Positions 17,807-28,715 of a stretch of 38,428 nt of DNA are shown here, in pieces; position 1 is the stretch's first letter; the number at the start of each line of letters is the position of its first letter. This stretch comes from an uncultured Deferribacteraceae bacterium (GTDB lineage: Bacteria > Chrysiogenota > Deferribacteres > Deferribacterales > Mucispirillaceae): assembly GCA_947039055.1 (NCBI GenBank), contig CAMQYB010000001.1:1-38428 (forward strand), in the 5' to 3' direction. Position numbers and translations under genes: made by a program. The notes under the pieces were generated by a model. The model was given only the letters and a program-made list of their open reading frames with translations. It was not told where the DNA came from and ran no database searches.

Positions 17807-18274
17807 TTAAACCCTATGCTCTCTATTAAGTAGCGTTGAGAAAACTAACATTGTGTTTGTATTAACAACACCAGTCAACGCTCTTATTCTTTTAATAATT
17901 ACAGCTAACTCAGTTGTATTTTTAGCAATAATTTTCACAAGTAGTGAATATTCACCAGTAATATGATAACATTCAATCACATCATCAATCTGAGAAACTT
18001 CATTATTAAAATCTTCAAGGTGCATCGGATTATCTATACTCACACCTATAAAGGCAGATATATCATAATCTAATTTACGATGATTAATCTTAGTTGAGTA
18101 TCCAGTAATTATGCCGTTAGTTTCTAATCTTTTGATCCTATCAATAATCGATGGAAGTTTCATTCCAACCTCTTTAGATATATCAGTGTATGACACACGA
18201 CCATTCTCAATTAACATATTAATTATTTTCACATCAACTGCATCTAAACCCATAATACCCTCCACAATGTTCAC
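17807..18274 (-). CDS. Lrp/AsnC-family transcriptional regulator
   Basis: The 155-aa ORF has an HTH region (DAVDVKIINMLIENGRVSYTDISKEVGMKLPSIIDRIKRLETNGIITGY). A C-terminal RAM-type domain follows (...CYHITGEYSLLVKI...). Confidence 0.9.
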   Translation of the reverse strand: MNIVEGIMGLDAVDVKIINMLIENGRVSYTDISKEVGMKLPSIIDRIKRLETNGIITGYSTKINHRKLDYDISAFIGVSIDNPMHLEDFNNEVSQIDDVIECYHITGEYSLLVKIIAKNTTELAVIIKRIRALTGVVNTNTMLVFSTLLNREHRV

Positions 18275-18505
18275 TATTTAGCAAACCCTATAAAACTATA
18301 CACCATAATATATATATTTATTACAGAAAAATATATACCTTATATATACAAGATATGATCTATTTAATTTAATTGCAATATTTATTTAACTTTATAATTA
18401 AAACATCTTATAATTATTTAAATTATACACTTAAAAGATTTATAATTGCTATTTTATGTTTTATAAATTAAAATCGTTATCTAAATATATAGGTGGTGAA
18501 ATGTT

Positions 18506-19396
18506 ATGTCTGCAATATTAGAAACAAACTTGTCTGAACTTAAACTTCTAGGAAGAGGAAAAGTAAGGGATATCTATGAAGTTGAAGGGAATTTACTTAT
18601 AATTTCTACTGACAGAATATCTGCATTTGATGTAATTCTTCCAAATGGTATTGCCTCTAAAGGTAAGTTTTTAACAGAATTATCTGAATTTTGGTTTAAC
18701 TTTACATCAGATATTGTTAAAAATCATCTCATTACAACTGATATAAATAAAATGCCAACAATCTGTCATCAATATAAAAATATTCTTGAAGGTAGAAGTA
18801 TGCTTGTTAAAAAAGCGAAACCACTACCTGTTGAATGTGTTGTTAGAGGATATATAACTGGTTCTGGTTGGAAAGATTATAACCAAACTTCTATGATATC
18901 TGGAATAACTATTAAAAGTGGTATGAAAGAATCTGAAAAATTTGATACTCCATTATTTACTCCAAGCACTAAAGCCGATGTCGGATTACACGATGAACCT
19001 ATATCTTATGAAAAAGTTGTTGAACTGATTGGTAATGATAAAGCATCAAAATTAAAACAATATTCTTTAGATTTATATAATAAAGCTAACAACTATGCAT
19101 CTGAACATGAAATAATTTTAGCTGATACAAAATTTGAGTTCGGTATGTATAACGACGAAATCATATTAATTGATGAAGTTTTAACTCCTGACTCATCAAG
19201 GTTTTGGAGCAAACAAACTTATGAAATAGGCAGAGGACAAGATAGCATGGATAAACAAGTTATAAGAGATTATCTTGAAACTTTAGATTGGAACAAACAA
19301 CCTCCTGCTCCTGTTATCCCTGATGATATAATCGCAAAAGCTATTGAAAAATATTCATATATAACTAAACTGTTATTAAAATCATCTGGTAAATAA
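18506..19396 (+). CDS. purC: Phosphoribosylaminoimidazole-succinocarboxamide (SAICAR) synthase PurC
   Basis: The 296-aa ORF reads LLGRGKVRDIYEV..LLIISTDRISAFDVILPNGIASKG...VECVVRGYITGSGW...LADTKFEFG...LIDEVLTPDSSRFW, the long-form PurC pattern. Confidence 0.95.
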   Translation: MSAILETNLSELKLLGRGKVRDIYEVEGNLLIISTDRISAFDVILPNGIASKGKFLTELSEFWFNFTSDIVKNHLITTDINKMPTICHQYKNILEGRSMLVKKAKPLPVECVVRGYITGSGWKDYNQTSMISGITIKSGMKESEKFDTPLFTPSTKADVGLHDEPISYEKVVELIGNDKASKLKQYSLDLYNKANNYASEHEIILADTKFEFGMYNDEIILIDEVLTPDSSRFWSKQTYEIGRGQDSMDKQVIRDYLETLDWNKQPPAPVIPDDIIAKAIEKYSYITKLLLKSSGK

Positions 19397-19402
19397 AATA
19401 TT

Positions 19403-21193
19403 ATGAGCAATAAAGATCTTTTAGATAAAGCATCAAATGCTGGAATTGAAATATTTGAAGCCGAAAACTTGAACGATGAAATATCGTTTGAGTTTAAAGG
19501 TGTGTCGAGATATAAATCTAATAACGCTTTCTACTATCTAAAATTTTCTAGCTTCGAAGCTGTTATGTTAAAAGGTATCTATAAAAACTTCTACCGTGTT
19601 ATTGCTGGTTCTGATGATATACTTGACTCATCTGATTTAAGTCGCATTTGTAAAGTTATAAACACATTAGAGGATATTAACTTAGTCGATATATCTATTG
19701 ATTTCATAATCGCTAATAATAAAGTTTTCATAAAATCTATATCTAAAATTGATGAGTTAAACTCACTTGATTATGATCTTAAAGATCTTTCAATCCTAGA
19801 ACCTTATACTACTGCTGAATGTGAAATTAGTGATCGGTTTTATTTAGACGGTGAAACAATATTATCTAACAGTTTTATAGATGATTATTTTCCTGATACT
19901 ATATCTCCTCTTACTACATCAATTTTAGAACAGAACCCTGATATTTTATATCCGTTATTTATATCAGCTGGACTTAAAACCGTTTCACCCTCTGTTGTAA
20001 CAGTTTTCAATACTCCTTATATAACATTACAAAATTATGAGAAATCTCTAAACTATATAGGTATCAACTCTTATCAATTTAGACTTAATTATCAAACTCC
20101 TCTATATTTACAATCTAAAAGTAAAACATCTAAATTAAAACGATCTTTATTTCCTGATCTAATTGAAGAGATCGGTGAAATTTTAGACGAATTACAACAT
20201 AAATCTAAGTCAACTAATGTTCTAGCTATTAAAGATGATTTCTTATTTAATACTTATATAAAGGTTTTTATTATTCATACTTTTTTAGTAGTTGAACTGC
20301 TATCTGCATTTAATGATCTTTTAGAACTTTCAACTGATAGAAATAAACTATTAAAACTTATATATAAAACTCGTAAAGAAAACCTGTTTAGTAAAACTTG
20401 TGATACAGATGTTTTTACGTTCTTTGATTTTTTATCTAAAAAAATTAAATCAAATAGTAGTATAAATAATTATGAAGCATCTGACTTTGATATATTAATG
20501 AAAGAACTTAAAATTAAACATTCATTGTTTGCTTCTAAAAAGATTAAAACTTTAGTTGAACGCATTCATAAGTTATTAGATATGAGAGATGACTTTACTA
20601 TTACATTATCGAACCTTATGGGATATATGAAAACATCATTAGAGAAATTTTTTAAGAACCATTTGAAAGAAGGGTTTATTAACTCTACTGATGGATTTTA
20701 TTATCTGGATTACGATGATATTACTAAGCTCTTTAACGGTAATTACTACGGCGACCTTTTTAATGCGATAACTTTTAAACGAAATCAGTATTATAGGTTT
20801 TCAACATTATTTAAACCTAAAGAGATATATGTTAAAGATATTTTAACTGTAAATGAAACAAATAAATATATTTCTAACGCAATATTAAAAAATAAAATTA
20901 TAGATGTACTATCTTTAAACGATAAAGATAGTAGTGGTGTTATTACAACCGATCTAAATTTAGATAGTTATAAAGGTATGATTATACATTTCTCTAAAGT
21001 ATCAGTATTTGATTTGAACAAATATAAAGATGCTGAAGGTTTTGTGTTTGACTCTATACCTCTATACTCTCCTATAGTTGAGTTTGCATTATTAAACGAT
21101 ATACCTATCTTTTCTGGACTTAGATATGCCTCTCGTATTTTAGATGGTAAAGAAACAGTAATCAAATCTAACAAACTTAAGATATTAGATTAA
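19403..21193 (+). CDS. Hypothetical 596-aa protein; the C-terminal ~90 aa weakly resemble a PEP-utilising-enzyme mobile (swivel) domain lacking the phospho-His
   Basis: This long clean ORF starts 6 nt after the purC stop. The C-terminus KGMIIHFSKVSVFDLNKYKDAEGFVFDSIPLYSPIVEFALLNDIPIFSGLRYASRILDGKETVI follows the pattern G.ILV....P.......A.GIVTD.GG..SH.AIVARELGIP.V.G......L.DG..V. However, it has PLYSP where GGxxSH would be. The resemblance was judged by eye only. Confidence 0.55.
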   Translation: MSNKDLLDKASNAGIEIFEAENLNDEISFEFKGVSRYKSNNAFYYLKFSSFEAVMLKGIYKNFYRVIAGSDDILDSSDLSRICKVINTLEDINLVDISIDFIIANNKVFIKSISKIDELNSLDYDLKDLSILEPYTTAECEISDRFYLDGETILSNSFIDDYFPDTISPLTTSILEQNPDILYPLFISAGLKTVSPSVVTVFNTPYITLQNYEKSLNYIGINSYQFRLNYQTPLYLQSKSKTSKLKRSLFPDLIEEIGEILDELQHKSKSTNVLAIKDDFLFNTYIKVFIIHTFLVVELLSAFNDLLELSTDRNKLLKLIYKTRKENLFSKTCDTDVFTFFDFLSKKIKSNSSINNYEASDFDILMKELKIKHSLFASKKIKTLVERIHKLLDMRDDFTITLSNLMGYMKTSLEKFFKNHLKEGFINSTDGFYYLDYDDITKLFNGNYYGDLFNAITFKRNQYYRFSTLFKPKEIYVKDILTVNETNKYISNAILKNKIIDVLSLNDKDSSGVITTDLNLDSYKGMIIHFSKVSVFDLNKYKDAEGFVFDSIPLYSPIVEFALLNDIPIFSGLRYASRILDGKETVIKSNKLKILD

Positions 21194-21205
21194 CGGAGTT
21201 CCATT

Positions 21206-22156
21206 GTGCTATTAAAACATTTATTAAAATTTTTATCGCTGTTACTGTTCTTAACAGTGCTTGCTCCTGCATATGCTGAGAGATATCCATCGCCATTATA
21301 TTATCCGTATCAAGATAATCAGATAGATTATAGATATATTAATTCAGATAACTATGATGCTGCTAAATTTGATATCTCTGGATCAAACCAGTTAGGTAAC
21401 TCAAATTTTTCGTACCAGCTATCTAATTTAACATCTATAACTGAGAGCGACTCAAGCTTAACAAGTGTTGGAGTTGGTTACTCTCATACAGTCGGTAATC
21501 ATTGGTTCGGTGCAAGTGTTGCCTCATCATCTAATGAACCTTTTACACTTTTAAACCTTATAGATTTTGAAGGGTTTTATGCATATAAATTAATTGAAAG
21601 CAAAAAACCTGAAATGAAATATGAAGATGGTTCTAGTAGAACTGGATACCATAGACTATATCTAGGGATATTTTATTCAACATACTCTCCGTTTGGCGAA
21701 AAGTTTCCTCTTCCTATGATAAGATATGAATATAATGATCCTCGTGTTACATTTATTGCAGGGTATCCTCTAAACTATCTTAAATTAAAATTCTCAAGAT
21801 ACCAAGGGATAGAAATTAATTATCAACCTGTGTTAGATCTTACAATAGGATATCTTTTAACTCCTAACGATAGCAATACTTTTGCATTTGAATTTCAGAT
21901 TGAACATGAAAGATATTTATTAACTAATATAGTAAATGACGAATACCTTGATAGACGTAAATACTTTAGCGAACTGTACTGGGTTAGACTTAAATACTCT
22001 GTAAGTATTAAAAACTTTATCCAAGTTTCACCTTACTTTCAACTGCTTCTATCTGGAAAACATTATGTCGGAAAAACATTTTATGATACAACCGGTAGCA
22101 CAAACCATACAGGGTTCGGTTACTCATTTGGAACAACAATAACAGTTATGTTCTAA
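21206..22156 (+). CDS. Putative outer-membrane beta-barrel protein
   Basis: The ORF has a GTG start with GGAG 6 nt upstream and a signal peptide (MLLKHLLKFLSLLLFLTVLAPAYA). The sequence shows alternating aromatic and polar residues, is Y/G/S/N-rich, and ends in the OMP-like C-terminus GFGYSFGTTITVMF. Confidence 0.6.
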   Translation: MLLKHLLKFLSLLLFLTVLAPAYAERYPSPLYYPYQDNQIDYRYINSDNYDAAKFDISGSNQLGNSNFSYQLSNLTSITESDSSLTSVGVGYSHTVGNHWFGASVASSSNEPFTLLNLIDFEGFYAYKLIESKKPEMKYEDGSSRTGYHRLYLGIFYSTYSPFGEKFPLPMIRYEYNDPRVTFIAGYPLNYLKLKFSRYQGIEINYQPVLDLTIGYLLTPNDSNTFAFEFQIEHERYLLTNIVNDEYLDRRKYFSELYWVRLKYSVSIKNFIQVSPYFQLLLSGKHYVGKTFYDTTGSTNHTGFGYSFGTTITVMF

Positions 22157-22321
22157 AATATTTTTATAATTATTCAACATTATTATAGTTTCTAGTTATG
22201 GTTACGATTATTGTTACGGTTTTGTTTATTGTTGAAATTTGTTTTATTTTATATTAATAAAGTTTATTATCGTAAGTTGATAATATAGTTATATATGTTT
22301 TAGTTACTCAAAGGGAGCGAT

Positions 22322-23671
22322 ATGAAAGACAATAGTACATGGTTAAATATTCTTGATATTCTCAAGAACGAACTTACTGAAGCAGAAATTAATCAATGGC
22401 TTTCACCGCTTAACATTAAAACATTGAACGGTAATCCCGTTGTTTTAACAGCTCCGAATAAATTTTTTAAAACATGGGTAGAGGATAATTATCTTACATT
22501 AATTAAAAAAACCTTTAGAGAAAATTTAGGATTAAAAACCGATATCGACATAGTTATATCTATCGAGAATAAAGACGATCAAACTGTTCGTACAGTACCT
22601 GTTGAAAGAAGTAATGTTACTACAACCGATGCAACGTTTGATCTACCATTAAATAAAAGATTTACATTTGATAATTTCGTTGTAGGCACATCTAACCGTT
22701 ATGCACACGCTGCTTGTTCATCACTCATAAGTGGTAAAACTACAGCTAACCCATTATATATATACGGCGATGTTGGACTTGGTAAAACTCACCTAATGCA
22801 CGCTGTTGGTAATGAGTTTAAAGAACGATTTCCTAAATATAGAATACTTTATACAACTGGTGAGTCGTTCGTTAATGATTTTGTTACATCTATGCGTCTT
22901 AGCAAACTTGATAGTTTTAAACAACGATACCTTAACATTGATCTTTTTCTATGCGATGATGTACAATTCATAGCTGGTAAAAGCAGAACGATGGAAGAGT
23001 TCTTTTTTACATTTAGTCAGCTTTATGCAACACAGAAACAGATCGTTCTTACATCTAACACATCTCCTAACAATATCAAAGAGCTTGACCCTAGATTATC
23101 ATCAAGATTTACATCGGGATTAATGGTTGACGTATCAACACCATCTGTTGAAGAGAAAGAAGCTATCATAAAAAAATATATTGAAATAGAAGATCTAACA
23201 ACTCAAAGGTTCTCAGATGATATAATACGATATCTTGCAAACAATCTTAAAAGCGATAGCACTCGTGAAATCTTAGGTGCAACACTTAGAATATTTACAC
23301 TTGCATCAATAGATAACGAAGATATTACTATCCAATTTGCTGAAAAACATTTAAAAGATTTTCTAATGAAAAGAGATAAAACTTTATCACCCGACAGTAT
23401 TCTTGAACTTACTGCAAAATATTATCAGTTAAAAGTTAGCGATTTAAAATCTAAAAACAGATCTAAAACGATAGCTCTTGCAAGAAGTATCGCTATGTAT
23501 CTTATCCGTGAAAAATTATCTTTATCATACACAGAGATCTCATCTATCTTTAGCAGAGACCATTCTACAGCACTTCACGCAGTAAATAAAATTACTGATG
23601 AATTATTATCAAATCATGAGCTTGAAGGAACGATAAATGTCCTTTTAGATAAGATGAAACTTATCCATTAA
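22322..23671 (+). CDS. dnaA: Chromosomal replication initiator DnaA
   Basis: The 449-aa ORF has the Walker A motif IYGDVGLGKTHLMHA, Walker B LFLCDDVQF, sensor region LTSN, and the domain IV helix-turn-helix ARSIAMYLIREKLSLSYTEISSIFSRDHSTALHAVNKI. Confidence 0.97.
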   Translation: MKDNSTWLNILDILKNELTEAEINQWLSPLNIKTLNGNPVVLTAPNKFFKTWVEDNYLTLIKKTFRENLGLKTDIDIVISIENKDDQTVRTVPVERSNVTTTDATFDLPLNKRFTFDNFVVGTSNRYAHAACSSLISGKTTANPLYIYGDVGLGKTHLMHAVGNEFKERFPKYRILYTTGESFVNDFVTSMRLSKLDSFKQRYLNIDLFLCDDVQFIAGKSRTMEEFFFTFSQLYATQKQIVLTSNTSPNNIKELDPRLSSRFTSGLMVDVSTPSVEEKEAIIKKYIEIEDLTTQRFSDDIIRYLANNLKSDSTREILGATLRIFTLASIDNEDITIQFAEKHLKDFLMKRDKTLSPDSILELTAKYYQLKVSDLKSKNRSKTIALARSIAMYLIREKLSLSYTEISSIFSRDHSTALHAVNKITDELLSNHELEGTINVLLDKMKLIH

Positions 23672-23992
23672 GTTTTCCACAATAAAAGTTGTTAATTACG
23701 ATGTAGTTAGTTGAGTTTGAGCTGTTATTAATATATTATTGAAGAAGTTATCCACATTTGATAGATTGTATAATAAGAAAATTTATTAAATAATATTTAT
23801 ATAAATGTTTTATAGAGTTTAGACGATGATATATTTAAGTAGTGTTAGAAGTTGTTACTATGTTTGAGTATTTTTTGAATGTTGTTATGAGTTATAAAAG
23901 TTATTGTAATATAAGATGTAAATTTACTTGTACAATGTTATAAGTTGTCCTATAATAACAACAAAGTATAAATATAAATAGAAATTTATAGC
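23672..23992. other. Candidate oriC (dnaA-dnaN intergenic region with DnaA boxes and an AT-only tract)
   Basis: A perfect TTATCCACA lies at 23748-23756 and TTTTCCACA (8/9) at 23673-23681. TTATCCATT (7/9) lies at 23661-23669, at the end of dnaA. A 29-nt pure A/T run spans 23778-23806. The spacer is strongly G>C and T-rich. Confidence 0.5.
23748..23756 (+). promoter_or_regulatory. Consensus DnaA box TTATCCACA
   Basis: This is an exact 9/9 match to the E. coli/B. subtilis-type DnaA box. It lies 77 nt downstream of the dnaA stop. Confidence 0.65.
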
Positions 23993-24007
23993 ATGAGGAT
24001 AGTTTTA

Positions 24008-25114
24008 ATGAAATTTTCAGTAATCAAAGAAAAGATACTTACTCATCTGCAATATGCAAATGGATTTACAAGTAGTAAGTTTATTAACCCGTTACTTCAA
24101 AATGTTTACCTCTCTGTTGAAGAGAATGTATTAACTATGCGTACGACAAATTATCAGATAGGATTTTCTGCAACTATCGATGTAGATATGGTTGAGTCAG
24201 GTTCTTTAACAGTTAGTTGTAAGAAACTTTTAGATATTATAAAAGAGCTTCCTGAAACTGCTATTGTAGAATTTAACTTTAATGATAATCGATTAAACAT
24301 TAAATCTGGTAAATCATTATTTAGACTTGCCACAACTGATATTGAAACATTTCCAACGATGGCTCCTATAACTGGAGAGTATTATCTTAAACTATCATCT
24401 AAAGATTTAATCAGTTTATTTAAAAGAGTTTCATTCTGTGTTTCTAACGAACATCAGAAAGTTGAATATACTGGTGCTCATTTTAATGTTTATGGAAATT
24501 GTTTAGAGGTTTATGCAACAGGGCTTCAAAGAGTTGCTATTGCTAACACAATTTTTGACATGAATTTCTCTGATGAGTTCATAGTAAACATTCCTAAAAA
24601 AACAGTTACTGAACTTATGAAAATAATTGAAAACAGAGATATTGTTGAAATATCTACTGATAAGAAACAGATGTCATTTAAATCTGGAAACATAACTGTA
24701 TACACTAAATTAATAGAGAAATTTGTTAAAGGCGTTTCAAAACTATTTCTAAATGATTATCCTATTCAAGCAAGATTAGAGAAAAAAGTTTTCATGGAAA
24801 CTGCTAAACGTATTGCTACTATAACTGATGAAGATTCTCCTGGGATTTCTTTATCTTTTGAAACAGGAAGATTAACATTATCTAGTTTAGAAACAGAGCA
24901 TGGACTTGGTAAAGAAACTATTGAAGGCATTGAATATAAAGGCGATCCATTTAATATTATATTTCATGCAAGACTTCTTCAAGAGATATTAAACAATATT
25001 GAGTCTGATCATTTTCTTCTTGAAATGAGCAGTCATCGTTCACCAGCGTTAATTACTCCTGAATCAGATAGATATAGATATTTAATAGTTCCGATCTCTA
25101 TTGACAAGATCTAA
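24008..25114 (+). CDS. dnaN: DNA polymerase III beta sliding clamp DnaN
   Basis: The ORF begins MKFSVIKEKILTHLQYANGFTS, the usual MKF start. It runs to ...RSPALITPESDRYRYLIVPISI at the C-terminus. I prefer the ATG at 24008, with GAGGA 7 nt upstream, over the in-frame ATG at 23993 used in the track. Confidence 0.95.
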   Translation: MKFSVIKEKILTHLQYANGFTSSKFINPLLQNVYLSVEENVLTMRTTNYQIGFSATIDVDMVESGSLTVSCKKLLDIIKELPETAIVEFNFNDNRLNIKSGKSLFRLATTDIETFPTMAPITGEYYLKLSSKDLISLFKRVSFCVSNEHQKVEYTGAHFNVYGNCLEVYATGLQRVAIANTIFDMNFSDEFIVNIPKKTVTELMKIIENRDIVEISTDKKQMSFKSGNITVYTKLIEKFVKGVSKLFLNDYPIQARLEKKVFMETAKRIATITDEDSPGISLSFETGRLTLSSLETEHGLGKETIEGIEYKGDPFNIIFHARLLQEILNNIESDHFLLEMSSHRSPALITPESDRYRYLIVPISIDKI

Positions 25115-26136
25115 TGCTACTTTCAGAGTTAAAGCTATTAAATGTTCGTAATCATTTAAAATTAGATTTAACATTTGCTAAAGAGACATTATTTATCGGT
25201 GCAAACGGCATCGGTAAAAGTTCTATATTAGAATCTATCTATCTTCTTCTATCTATGCGTGGATTTAAGCGTCAGCCTTTATCCTCATTAATATCATTTG
25301 ATGAGAAATTTTTAAGAGTTGAAGGTATTATGTTTCAACAATCAGATATGAGTGAGCAAGAAATAGTTTTAAAATATCATAATAAAAAAACATTAACTAT
25401 TGATGGAGATAGTATTAATAACTATAACGAGTATTTATACTCTCATTTAGTTAAAGCATATACTCCAGATCATCTTGGGATATTATCAGTATCTCAAAGT
25501 GATAGACGATCATTTATTGATCGATCGATATTCTATACAGATATAAATTATATAAATGAACTTAGATCATACAATAGATATATAGATCAAAAAAATGAAG
25601 AAATATCTAAAGATAGTTGTGATAAGCTTTACATAAATATTTTAAATGAAAAGATTTTTCATCTATCAAACATAATATATAAAAAAAGAGTAGCAACAGT
25701 TGATAAAATAAACATGGGTTTATCAGCTTACTGTGGTGAAGATTTTAAAGAGTTTTCTAATTATTATCTTCATTATGAAAGTAATAGTTTAGATGATAGC
25801 TTATTCAGTAAAGAGATTTATATTAAAAGATCTCTCTATGGATCTCAACGAGATAAGTTTTATATGTATAAAGATGATAAAGCGATTGAAAGATATTCAT
25901 CCTTTGGACAGAAAAAGATCTTTTCATTGATAGTTATGTTAACTTTAATCAATATGATTGAAGGTGAACGTGGTGAAGAGGTTATCTGTTTATTAGATGA
26001 TTTTGAGTCTGGACTTGATAAAAATAATTCTGAGAAATTGAGAAATATATTATCAACTGGACGACAAACGATTTATTCAGGAATAGATAATGAAAGAAAA
26101 GGGTATGAAAATGTAGTAGATATATCAGATTTGTAA
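25114..26136 (+). CDS. recF: DNA replication and repair protein RecF
   Basis: The 340-aa ORF reads LKLLNVRNH...FIGANGIGKSSILESIYLL (Walker A), SFGQKKIFSLIV (signature) and LLDDFESGLD (Walker B). Its start lies in the TAATG overlap with the dnaN stop. Confidence 0.9.
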   Translation: MLLSELKLLNVRNHLKLDLTFAKETLFIGANGIGKSSILESIYLLLSMRGFKRQPLSSLISFDEKFLRVEGIMFQQSDMSEQEIVLKYHNKKTLTIDGDSINNYNEYLYSHLVKAYTPDHLGILSVSQSDRRSFIDRSIFYTDINYINELRSYNRYIDQKNEEISKDSCDKLYINILNEKIFHLSNIIYKKRVATVDKINMGLSAYCGEDFKEFSNYYLHYESNSLDDSLFSKEIYIKRSLYGSQRDKFYMYKDDKAIERYSSFGQKKIFSLIVMLTLINMIEGERGEEVICLLDDFESGLDKNNSEKLRNILSTGRQTIYSGIDNERKGYENVVDISDL

Positions 26137-26254
26137 TGATAGTAAAGGAGTTTTTACTAATATTTTGTTTTTTAATAAAAAAGAGATGATAAATTTTATA
26201 AAATCTACTATAATACCAAGATATGTAATAAAATATATTTAGATAAGTATTTAG

Positions 26255-28666
<2,412 letters not shown>

Positions 28667-28715
28667 TTTTTTCATCATCAAGTTATAGTTACTTTTCAAT
28701 TAGGAGAAATAAACA

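Noticed and set aside
18275-18505. A possible purine or ZTP riboswitch or T-box in the long purC leader, and likewise upstream of folD at 31161-31253.
   Set aside because: The leaders are almost pure A/T with very few G/C. None of the conserved G/C-rich cores of purine, ZTP(pfl) or THF riboswitches can be found. The repeated TTATAATT words are more likely promoter or Lrp-type AT-rich sites.
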